Assembly (NCBI RefSeq): GCF_009914755.1 | Contig: NC_060936.1 | Direction: 5' to 3' (one strand) | Source of the DNA: the human T2T-CHM13v2.0 reference genome, Homo sapiens | Length of the DNA: 64,000 bases | Shown: piece by piece, positions 42,336 through 54,212 of the stretch | Layout: each line of letters begins with the position of its first letter | Numbering within the stretch: the first letter of the stretch is position 1 | Program-made: the position numbers and the translations under genes | The notes under the pieces: generated by a model | Told to the model about the DNA's origin: nothing | What the model saw: the letters and a program-made list of their open reading frames with translations, nothing else | Databases searched by the model: none

Positions 42336-43429
42336 TTGGAAACATTAATTAAACCATTGAAAATTATTGACAAAATTATATTATTTTAAACCATTGACAA
42401 ATTATAAGTAAATTATATTAAACCATTGACAAATTATTGTCAAATTATACAAACCATGACAATTTATTTGTTATGGTTTTTTTATTATATTGCAATTTAA
42501 ACCATTGACAAACTGTATTATATATGAATTATAATAAACCATTGTCAAATTATACCAAACCATGACTCTTGGAAACATTAATTAAACCATTGACAAATAA
42601 ATACATATATTAAGTAACAGCACAAATTACTGTGGTTCATTTATTTATTGAATGTTTATTTATACCTACTATGTGCTAGCTGCTGTCCTAAACACTGAGG
42701 TTGTAGTACAGATACCGGGACTGCTTCTCGCTGGCTAAATTTGAGATAGAAGCTTATCCCTGGACAGACTCCTGTGACACAGAGAATGGAATATTCTGGT
42801 CCTATGTCCATCCCTAGAGCAACTGGGCTCCACCCAGGCGACATGGGCTTACTCAAGTCAGGGTGGCTTCCCAGAAAGAAAATAGGAGACATTTCCACAA
42901 ACAGGAGATAACTGGATATTAGGTGATGAGACTCTACTGACATTATCTGCAAACTTTTCTTCATTTCCTGAAGTTCATTCACCACAGCCTTTCCTTCTGC
43001 CTCAGTTCTTCTGGCCACACATTCTGAGCCAGAACTCCTCACTTTATGCGTGCTTGCTGTGGTTGGCTGACAGCTGGGTGGTTTCCAGGGATGCCATGTC
43101 ATGCAGCCTGGGCTCACAGGAGGAATACAAGGCTCCCTCCACTGGGATATTGAGTGGTTTCTTTTAATATAATGGTTAATCAGAAGTACATCTGTGTCCA
43201 GGTACATCTGTGAGGCAGACAGAACCATCTACAGTGCACTAAGATGAGGCTGAAGGCAATGCACTGCTTTTAATGCTCCTGGCCTGCCAATCAAGCTGCA
43301 TCTGATTGATGAGGATGCCTGCTGCAACCCCTGCTGGTCTCTTTACAAATTCAAGCTTATCAATTCATGAGTCTCCTGAAAGATTGACGAGCTCCGTGAT
43401 CCAGGCAAAACATTATTTTCTGCCTAAAT

Positions 43430-44055
43430 CTGCATTAGTTTTTGATTCTTGCCAGAACACATTACCACTTAGTGCCTTGAAACAGCACGAATTTATTATC
43501 TCACATTTTTTTTTTAATAAGTTGAAAATCCACTGTGAATTCCACCAGGCTAAAATCAAGGTGTCTGCAGGGCTGTGTTTCTTCCTGGCAGCTCTAGGGG
43601 ATAATTGGTTTCCTTGCCCATTCAGGTTCTTTCTTGTGCTTGTAGGCTGAGGTTCCTGTTTCCCTCTTGGCTGTTAACTGAGGGCCACCTCCAGGTTCTA
43701 CTAATAGAAGACGTCCTCACTCCTTGCCTCATAGTTCCCTTTCTCCTTCTTATCAGCCAAAGACAGCGAGTAGAGTCTCTCTCCTGCTTCAGGTCTCTTC
43801 CGCCTCTTCTTCTGTCCTCACCTTTCCCTGTCTGACTCTTTTGCCTTCCTCTTCCACTTTTAATTAATAATTAATAATTTGAATTAATAATCACATTTTA
43901 ATAATGTGATTATTATGAGTTCACCAAGAAAATCCAAAATAATCCATTTTAAGGCCCCCAATCTTAATTCCATCTGCAAATTTCCTTCTGTCATGCAGTG
44001 TAACATGTTCACAGTTTCCAGTTTCAGGTCATGAACATCTTTGGGGACAATGCCT
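43430..44055 (-). mobile_element. MLT1 (E/D-like) LTR
   Basis: attaccacttagtgccttgaaacagcacgaatttattatctcac...gctaaaatcaaggtgtctgcagggctg...catctgcaaa. Confidence 0.7.
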
Positions 44056-46511
44056 ACCACGAAAGCGAATCCAAATGTTGAGATATTGTGTTGGAGTAGA
44101 AATTTGAGGTCATTGAAGTCACCCTCTGACTTGACATCCTGATCTCTCTCCTTTGTATTGGGAGCCTGCTGCTAACAGAGCAAGATGTATTTCTGCCCCT
44201 TCTCCTATAGGTGATGGAATGATCTCCAGGGCTCGAGAAGGCACCCTGGCCTGGGGAGGTCGGAAACATAACTCCTCTTTGAGTTCCAGCCCCGACATGG
44301 GTGTGAGCAAGGGGGCAGCACACTGCTGCTTGGGACTATGTGGGTTGGAATTGCAGCACCAGCACTCTCTAGCTCTGCAACTGTGGATGAGTCCCCTAAC
44401 ATCTCTCTTCCTCAGTTTCCTCATCTACAGTGTGGGGAGATTCAAGGGTTTACTTTGTTTAAGGTTCAATTCTAGCCCATGTTGCATATAACGGTGACCC
44501 AACTGACATGTCCTGCTGTCAAGTGCATACATTGTAGAGGGAAAGTCAGAATAAGAACATAACTGCCTATCCATCCACAAGCTCACTTCAAACGGTAGAA
44601 AGCAATGTGGAGAAGATAAGCCCCAGTAATATGTGAGAGAGTTATCAGCAGGGTTGAGTGGTGAAAAGGGATAGTCAGAAATTGTAATCTAGGAAGGAAA
44701 GCCTTTGTTAGGAGATGAAGCTGAGATCTGAATAATGAGAAGGAGCCTGCCATGGACAGGTCAGGGGAGAGGATTGCAGGCAGAAGAAGCCACAAAGTGC
44801 AAAGGACTTGAGGCAGGAGCATTTCACAAGAGATCTGTGAGAGAAGGGGTATGACGGAGGCTCAAATCATAGAAAAGGGACAAATAAATTCTAGCTAGGG
44901 AGGAGGTGATATTTGACCAAGACCTTAAAAGATGGTAAAGTTTCACCCAATGCACATGGTGAGGATGAACATGCTAGTCTTGAAGACAATCTGACCCAAA
45001 GCACCATAGAGGGACAGTGGCAGCTGGAGCCCCGGGCTTGAGGAAGTATGGGCAGGACACAGTATGTCTTGGCAAAGAATTAGCTAAGTAAATCTATAGG
45101 TAAAGTGTTGCAACTGATAGCTTTTCAAGAATGGAGTAATAACTATTCCTGCTGTGAAAAATCACTGTGGTGATGGATGGGTGAATGAATACAGGAAGAC
45201 CAGTAGGAGAGCATGCCACCAGTACCCAGAGGGATGCCCAAGGCCTGAATCAGGTCCTTCTTTGCAGTGAGTAGGTGGGGTATGGACAGCGAGGACTATT
45301 TGTGTCTTCTCTGGGAGGTGTGCACACTGGAACCTAGTGACCACCTGAATTTGGAATGCGAGAGAGAGTCAAGGGTGATTCTGAATCCGAGTTGTTACCT
45401 TGGTAGATGAGCATATGGTCAATGGACAGAGAAGGAGGCAACAGGAGAAGAGGAAATAGGAAATGGCGTGGGGTTGGGCTTGGTGGAGCTTGCTGCCAGA
45501 GATGTGTAGAACTAGAAGAGCCTGGGGTTGTGTGTGGTTTGCTGGACCCAAGATGCAAAGGCTGAGTTAATCACACAACTCAGTCGATGGCAGATTATTA
45601 CAATTAGTCAACCCCACACAACACCAATCCCTTGATTGATTGGTTGATTCATTCATCTATTCATCTTATTTCCATTCTCCATTCTTGTTTTTTTACCCAT
45701 AGGTAATGCATGTCTTGGTGTATGGGTGTGTGTGTAGGTGTAGGTGTTATTTTCAGGATGTGTATTGTTGATTCTTGTGCATGTGTTTGTAATCTGCATA
45801 AATGTTATCGCTTTATAAAATTATATATACATATGGGTCCATATTCCACATTGGGTTTTTTATACCCATCCATCTTGCTGTGGTACAACCATTGCTTCTG
45901 AAGGCTGCTCTCTATGGGGGTCACCCACCAAATTGACTTATAGATTGTCTCCAACTTCCTGGTCCCCAAATAATTCTGTGATGTTTATCTTCTTACGAGG
46001 ATTACGTTATGGATACCAGTATGAATTTCTGTGGTGTATATTCAGAAGCATTTCTTTGACAGCTATGGGTTGGAAGTGCTCTTCATATTCATGTTAGACT
46101 TCAGGATTTTCTCTTCTGTGAATCTCCTCTGTCCAGTTTTCCTTGGGGGTTGCTTTCCTTTTTGCATTGATTAGCAAAAATTACTTATATATTCTAGATT
46201 TTAATCCTTTGTGGTTGTAAGTATTTTATACTTGTGGCATGCACTTTAAAATCTATGTTCCCAGAATTTGTTACCTACTTATCCTGCTTTTCATTTTTCA
46301 GCTTTGTAGAATCTCTTTTTTCTCTCCCACCCTCCTTTCCATGAATGTTATAAAGCACTTATTCTAGTTGCTAATGTTTCTGAGTGGTAGGAATAGAGCA
46401 TGTCAGGTATAATATCTTCCCTTATGCATATTTAACTCATTTTTGAGCACTATGATATTGAACAAGAAAATTTAAGCCTGCTGAGGAGATCATCTGATCT
46501 TGCATGGGAGG

Positions 46512-46640
46512 CAGAGGTGTATTGGTAAATGATTAACAAGTAGCTTTCTGGGGAAAAGCCCACAGTTTATAGCATCTGCCAATGTTTGTGGTGTAAATAC
46601 TTCAGTATGGCTGATTTAAAGCTTCTATCATGTACCACAA
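46512..46640. mobile_element. MER63-like hAT fragment
   Basis: cagaggtgtattggtaaatgattaacaa...gtggtgtaaatact. Confidence 0.45.
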
Positions 46641-48302
46641 TTTGATGGGGTCAGGGAAGATCTACCTCTGGAGCTGATATTTGAGTTGAGGTCTAAAAGA
46701 CCTAGAAGGAGGTAGTTCAAATGGCAGTCATCACGTCATCCAAGCAAGAGATAGTAGGAAAAGAAGGGGCCAAACAGACGCATAGCAACTGAGTCCACAT
46801 CCCTTTAAGGTACTTTCCCATTTCCCCTACCCAGCACCTGTTTCCATGTCTCCTTGCCCTGAACTGTGACATTTAGCTAATCTTATCCCAAGGGGATCTG
46901 GATGATGTAATTTTTAAGGCTTGATGTATTTCCAGCCCCAACAAAATCAGGGTTCTGTTCCCTAGAAACAGAAGTGGAATTGTATTGAATACACAGAGAG
47001 CAGTCTCTGTCACATAAATGTAAAATAAATGTGGTACAAAGAATGAAGACAAAATCATCTTCTTTCAAGACATTTTTGCTGGGAAGTAGATGAGAAAACA
47101 CACCCTATACCTGGAGAGGGACCCAATATCTAACTCGGATTTTATTTTCTTGTTTTGTAAATGCTGAAATTAACTTGACCCTGTGCAAAGGCAGAAATGA
47201 GATTGTGAGTTCCAGAATTTTGAGGTAAAGACAGGCTTATTTCCTGAGGGCCTAAAAGAATTTGTCAGTTTTCCATGCGCATTTCCAGGAAACCATTGAA
47301 TAGCTACCTCCCCTTTTCACTCACTTTAGAGATTTGTGCTTAAAAAAAAGTAGTTGACTGGGTCTATTAGATTTTTGCAGTTTTGCATTTAATTCATTTA
47401 TAGGTAGCTGGTTTAATTTGCCTCTTCCACATTTTAAAGTTTTATTTTTGTCTACTAATGAGTTGTGCAGCAAGCAAGTCTAAAGAAATTCAACATGACT
47501 GCGCTAAAAAGGCGTACAAATTGCATTTTGTGGTATTTTTTATTCTACCTAGAGGGGAATCATTCAGTGACAGTTTCATCGGATTTCTTCTATAAATGGA
47601 GTATACATTTTAGTTCTACAATTCCATTAAAAACAAACTATTCTTGTCATGTTTTAGGTGATTACAGCTTATTGTCACTTAGAAGACTTCAAAGATCACT
47701 TAATTAGAGAAAGGAAGAAGATAATGTATTACATACTATTATAATTTATAATCCAGAATTATGAAATTAGATATTTTAATTATGTAAGATTGCATGCTTT
47801 CTGAGCCACATAGTCTAAATCCACAAAGCTCTTTGCAAATCATTATGCACACTTTGTTCTCTTTATATTTTATTCAGAGCATTATCTGAATTTGTGTCTG
47901 CCACTCTGATTATGGACCTTTTGCAGACAGTTGCTGACTGGTTGTTTCTGCATCCCCAGCACAGGACTGGCAGCTTGTTAGAGCTCATTAAGTATTTGTC
48001 GATTTGAATTAAATTTGAAATACTGTATTAAAAATCTTGCACCAACCTCCAGGGTCCTTAGCAGTGATTTTTGTTCTCACTATGGCAATGTAGTTGCATT
48101 CCACACTTATTAAATATATTGATGCTTTCCCTCCAAATGGAACTCCAAACTTTTATACAGTGCCTGTACTCTGCTGAATTTCACTTAAGGACATTTCTGC
48201 CTGCTCTTGGTGTTGAGACTTCAGGATCAATATGAGGAGTTACTTCCTTAGAAGAAAGAAATACTACTGAGTGATTTCACATTGCTTAGGATCTGAACTT
48301 TT

Positions 48303-48654
48303 TAACTTTTAACAAATTTTTCATTGACTAATAATTGTATACATTTATGAATTCCAGTATGATGTTATGATACATGTATACATTGTAGGGTCACTAAATC
48401 AGGATAATTAACATATCCATTACCTCACATACTTATTATTTCCATTTATCAAAAAGATGAAAGGTATCAAGTGTTGGCAAGGATGTGAAGGAAAGGTAAC
48501 ATTTGTGTACTCTTAGTGGTAATGTAACTTAGTACAGCCTTTTTGGAAAACAATATAGAGATTCCTCTAAAACTAAACATAGAACTACCATGTGATCCAG
48601 CAATCACGCTTCTCATTATATAGCCAAAGGGTCTGATTTAATGATCATCTTGAT
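48303..48654 (-). mobile_element. Short L1MA-type insertion with 5' inversion
   Basis: Antisense L1MA 3' end (48303-48443) joined to sense ORF2-end sequence (48444-48635); near-TSD ATCTGAACTTTT / ATCTGAAATTTT. Confidence 0.65.
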
Positions 48655-48829
48655 ATCTGAAATTTTGATTGGGCTTAAAGAGGAAAAGGAATTCTTTTCC
48701 CTTTGTAAACTTGATAAAGACTGGGTTGTGAATATGTGGGCCATGGCAGAATGTGACAAAAATCCAGACCCTATGTTCACTAACTCAAGAACTTCTCTAA
48801 CACATTGCTAACCTTTCTGACACCCTCTT

Positions 48830-49270
48830 ACAACACTCAACGCTCCAACCCTTTGGTCTGGTGTTCCAGTCACGTGGACTTTCCATGGGTTTCTTGAATC
48901 GCAAGATTGTTCTCACCTCAAGACATTTCGTTGTTCTTCTTTTCATTGTCTGAAAGGTTGTCTCCTCATGTCTTTACATGACTGGCTTCTTATCAGTGAG
49001 TTCTAAGCCCAAACAATGCCTCTTTGTAAAGAGCCTTTCCTCTCCATACCAAAGAGATCTTACAACACTCTCTTTCTCTCCCCTATCTCCCAGCTTTTGG
49101 CATTTCTCATTCCCTGAAATAATCTACTCATTTATTTCGCATCCATGATCCCCTGTAGAATGCCAGCTTTATGCAATCAGGGGCTGTGTCTGAATTTTCC
49201 AACTTTATTTACCCAGAGCTAAGGACAGTACTCAACATGTAATAGGTGCTTGGTAAGTATTTGTGAAATG
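48830..49270 (+). mobile_element. L2 3' fragment
   Basis: tagaatgccagcttt...acagtactcaacatgtaataggtgcttggtaagtatttg. Confidence 0.55.
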
Positions 49271-51284
49271 GACACAGGTTCAGCTTTTGAATCCAATAAT
49301 TAACTCTTGTGCTGTCGTACCTTGTGATAGGAAGTAATAGAGTAAGATTGGACAAATCCAACCAACTCCCAGGTTCTCTAAGTCAGAAACTCGATCCTTG
49401 TCTTGGCTGCCTGACTCATACTTTTCATAATCATCATCAGTTTAGAGATTTCAAGAGGACAGATTTTAGTTGTGAAATGAATGAATGAATTGGTGCCTCT
49501 GCTTGGCAGATACACAGGATCCTGCTCTGGACTTTGGATTTCCTTATCAGTGATTTTCCTTTAGGATTCGTGTGGAAGAAATTGTTAGCAAACAAGAAAG
49601 TTATTAAAATCTTCCAACTTCCTGAAATCCATTTCTCTGGAATTTCTTCCTCCTTAAATCTGAAATAAATTTTTAAACTTAAGTTCTACTAAGGCACAAG
49701 GAAATTCTTCAGCATCTCAATTTTCTTGAGGATTTGTATGATACACATCTCAGCTCCACTCATCTTCAAGAACTATAGTTTTTTTTTTTTTCACTGTCTA
49801 GAAATAGAAGACCGTTAGTCTTAAAAGTAATAGCAATTTGACAGCCTTGTAATTTATCAGTTCTGTGGGTCCTAGATGTTTCTTTCCAGTGTTCAACCTG
49901 AGACTGGGAGAGAGGTGGAATATTGTCTCACTAAAGAGGTTTTCTAGGGTATTTATCCAAGCCTTCTTAATGCAATTTCTAATGCAAAGACCCGTATTCC
50001 TTTTTTTTTTTTTTCTGGTCTGGTCTTACTGCTGCTTGGCAATATTTTGAAGTTTTAGTTGGTCAACTTGTACCCCTTGGTGATTATTAGCCGCTTATAA
50101 TTATGTGCTGAATGAAGGGGGAAAGGAGAATATTGGTGACTTGATAAGAAATGAAATTGGGTGGATATTTCCAAAGTTTCTTATGGCATAAATTCAATAA
50201 CTCAATTTTGTTGGCCTCATGCTGTAGAAGAAAAAGAAATAAAGAGTTAGATTCCATTTTGCAACAGAGCTGGATTGCACAGCGAAAATCTATGAGCATA
50301 TATAATGTTTTCATCACTGAGTAGGTTAATAAAGACCTTAATAAAATTTGCTGGCAATAAGAACCACAGACCACAGGTACAGAAGCAGGATTTATTTATT
50401 TGCTATTTCTAGGTAAATTTCCCATATAATGGATATCGTGTTAGAAATGTAAATGCAGTTAGCACACAATGCATTTTAATATTTGAACAAAGATACAACA
50501 AAAGGCAGCCTGTGGGTATATGTGCATATGAAAAATCCAGCTCATTCTCGATTTCTATAAGTAACCAAATCTCGGATCCTGAAATTGATCTGTGATCACA
50601 GTGGTTGAGGTTTGCTGATAATTTAGCAGCCACTCAAAGGTAGGAAATAAACTTTCAGTGGAGAAGTAACATCTAAGCCTTGCCTTATTAGGAGCTCTTA
50701 GAGTGCGGTGCCAATGTGTATTTCATCAATGACACCCATGATGACTGTAAGAAATTCTGTGTATTGCTAAATGACAGATATTTCTGGAGTTAATTATACC
50801 TATTCATAGAATAGAGAAACACCATTCTTTGCTTTTTTATTCAAAAAATGAACTGACATGAAGAAATCAAAAGATCAGAATTCAAGTATTTGGATGTCAG
50901 TTAGTTACTTAATTAATGTCAGGGGTGAAGCCACAGCAGTGGCTTCCTACTGTTTTGAAGAAGTATACGTTATACTTGGTATCACATCATTAGAAGATTT
51001 TACTTGATATTGCTGAACTATTCATAGTAATATTGAGGGAGTGAGAGAAAATGATAGACTCACTTTTGGTGAGACCAGCATATAAATTAAAATGTCTCCT
51101 ATGTAACCCTGTGTTTTGATCTTTCCTCCTCCTTCCTCTACAAGTCACCAGATTCTAAATTGTGAATTGCCTGAGAATTCATTTTAGTACTGTTGGATGT
51201 AAGAAATATTAGATCCTTTTTTAATTTCACAAATGAAGAAATGGAGACTCAATGTTGAGATGCCTTAATCCAATACACATTGGT

Positions 51285-51740
51285 TATGTCTGTTACAAAT
51301 GCTTTGACTGCAAGTAACAGATAACTCAAGCAGCTTAGACTGATAGGGTTTTATTTTATTTGATGTAGCAAGATGCCTGGAGGTGAGCAGCTACTGGCAT
51401 CAGTTCTTTTTTAAAAAATATTAGGTTTGGAGTTTCTATGATTGGCTCAGGCGTTCCCTCAGGGCCATAGAATGGTTGCTGTAATTCCAAGCATCACAGC
51501 CATATTCAAGCAGGCCATATAATGTGGAAGAGTGATGTTTGTCTCATTTATCAAGAAAGCAACGCAGTCCCAGAAGCCCCTGGCAGGTACCTCGTTCTGT
51601 CTCATCGGTCAGAGCTGTGTGATATCAGTACCTGGAAAAATGAGTATTTACTTTTTCAACCAATGTAGTGGAGGTAGACAAGGCACAAAAGAATTAAGAG
51701 TGGGTGTTAGTTACAAGCCTTCAGTGACTGCCACATTGCT
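51285..51740 (-). mobile_element. Old MLT1 LTR
   Basis: tgctttgactgcaagtaacaga...aatggttgctgtaattccaagcatcaca. Confidence 0.55.
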
Positions 51741-53102
51741 AGTTTCCAATCGTTACTCTAACACATCTCAGACTAACATGTTTACACTGCCTCTGGGGCC
51801 CACTCGCTGCATAATTAAGCAGACGCTGGGAATACAGCACTTGCTGTACACCCATGCTAAGTGCCGGGTGAACAGTGATAAGCAAGACAACCACGGTCCT
51901 TGATGCTATAAAAATTAGAGGTTTTCGAGGGAAGCAGTATTAAATAGCCAATTAAATGATTAAGTATTTAATTATGGTTTGTTATTAAATGTGCAATGAC
52001 ATGAAAGAGGCAGACCAGAACTGGATGGAGACATAGATGGCTTCTCTGAGAGAGTCACAACTGAACTGAGTGTTAAAGGATGGACAAAAGTCAATCGAGC
52101 CTAGAGAGTGAAGTGATCATTTTCAAAAGAAAAACAGCATGGACAGAAACAAGTGTGTGGCCAAAGATCAGAGAGGGATACTGATTCCCCGCTAATAAGA
52201 AATGTTAGTGCAGTTTCAGGTACACTTGAAATATCTATCGGTATATGTTTTGATATCTAAATTATAAGGAGCCACCTTAGGGAGAGTGTGTCACACTTTG
52301 ATATTCAAATTAAAGCTTTGTGCTCACTAATTGCCTTTGTTGACTTTTTTTGTCATCAGTCGGTAACTGTCAGCATTTGTATGTCTTGCAGCAGATTGGA
52401 TCCTGCCTGGATCTTCATTGTCAATAGCTTTGCTTAATTCCAGGGCTTCTCCAATATCACTTGTACTGACCTTATGTAATCTTGAAAGGTATACAAATCA
52501 CATTGCAATTGATTTGCTCCTGTTTATATTGGATGATTGGCTACAGTCTGACCAGGGAAGATAGCAGAGATGTTGACGGGATCAGAGAAGACAGGTATGG
52601 CTCTTTCCCACAGGACTAGTTTATTAGAGGTCACTTCAGCAATTGACATTTCTTATGCTGACAACTATTCCATCTTTATGGAATCTGATAACTTGAGAGG
52701 ATCAGACAACAAATGCAGGGATGATGAAGACCTTACAGAGATATAAATAGAATGTAAGATGCATAATATGCATGTCTAAGAGCAGTGAGATCATCAACCG
52801 TTTTCATGTCGTTATTGATATCTTATTTTTTGTAGTGAATGCTGCAAATACCACCAAACTTCATGAATATGTTTTTCCTAAAACTAACTCATAAGGATGA
52901 AGAAATTTACTGGATTTGTAAGACACAGTATGGCTGAGATTAAATGGTATATTTTGGTCAATAAATCTGTACATTTCAGTCAATATATTTTCAATAACTA
53001 AACTTTCAGAAAATATCCGCTGCTATTCAAAAAACATATATAAATAAAGAATCAAAAAAAACCAAAAAACAGAATACAATACTTTTCTTCCCTGATCACC
53101 AC

Positions 53103-53698
53103 TGTAATGGAATACTCCCATTTTTCTAAGAGATAGTTTAATTATTAGTTTTTAATTGTTTTCTCTTCTTTTCTTCTTTACCCTTTCCTGGCTTCCTGCT
53201 TAGCCTTTTGGAAAATGCAAATATAACCTTTCACCTCCTCCTCATCAGACATTCCCTACAGGGCAAGTTCATGTATATGTTCTAAGAGGGATCTCTCCTC
53301 CCCCCACAGAGCTGACAGTGGATTTGCAGAGGAAAGCAAGTCGCCATGGCACGCTCACCTCCAGGGGGTTTTGCCCCTGGAGGGCTTGTTGGAAAGCATA
53401 TCCCCTTGGCCTCTTTCACAACTTACTTCTGCCCAGGAAGGTGCCAACTCAGCACCAGCTCAGTACATAAGGCACCAGGCTAGCAGGGAGACCCTCTACC
53501 TTTGCTCACTTCCACCCTTCCTTGTAAAAGTGCCCGCTTTCTGCCCCCAAGGGAAGACGGTGCATTTAAAGGCAGGCCACTTTCTGCCCCTTCCCCCAAA
53601 CTAGCTTTGGAATACATTTACTTATGCTTGGTATTAGACCTCACTCTTGTTAATCACACTTTGCATGCAGTGAGCAACTGACATGCTTTTTGGTTACA
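53103..53698 (+). mobile_element. ERV1-class solo LTR (MER72-like, family uncertain)
   Basis: TG...CA termini (tgtaatgg...ggttaca) with perfect 4-bp TSD CCAC. Confidence 0.7.
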
Positions 53699-53987
53699 CC
53701 ACCACCATCTGCTTTGCTTATATGGTGATATTTCAAACAAGTTTCTCCATATGGCAAATAGGAATAACAGTAGTACCTATACTATGTAAATATAAGGTGG
53801 ATTGAATGAAAAATTAAAAGCAAAACATTTAGAACAATGCCTTAGCATGTAGCAAGTACTCAATAAAATTTAGGTTTTATTGCCAAGTTCTTTATCTACT
53901 TGCTCTTGGAAAAGTGAACCATGGCAAAAGAACAGTAGTCAAAACAGACACCCACTGTTGTAGAATAAGCCTGCTGAATAGAACTTC

Positions 53988-54212
53988 AGCCAGATAAGTG
54001 GCTCATGCCTGTAATCCAGCACTTTGGGAGGCTGAGGTGGGAGGATTGCTTGAGGCCAGGAGTTCAAGACCATCGTAAGCAACAAAGGGAGACCCTGTCT
54101 CTACAAAAAAAAAATTGAACAAAAGAATTAGCCAGGCATGGTGGTATGTGCCTGCAGTCCCAGCTACTCTGGAGGCTGAGGTGGGAGGTTTGCTTGAGTC
54201 CAGGAGGTTGAG
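53988..54212 (+). mobile_element. AluJ, 3'-truncated
   Basis: ggaggattgcttgaggccaggagttcaagacc. Confidence 0.8.

Noticed and set aside
42656-43228. 190-aa minus-strand ORF
   Set aside because: Ends in L2-like sequence; no domain or splice support
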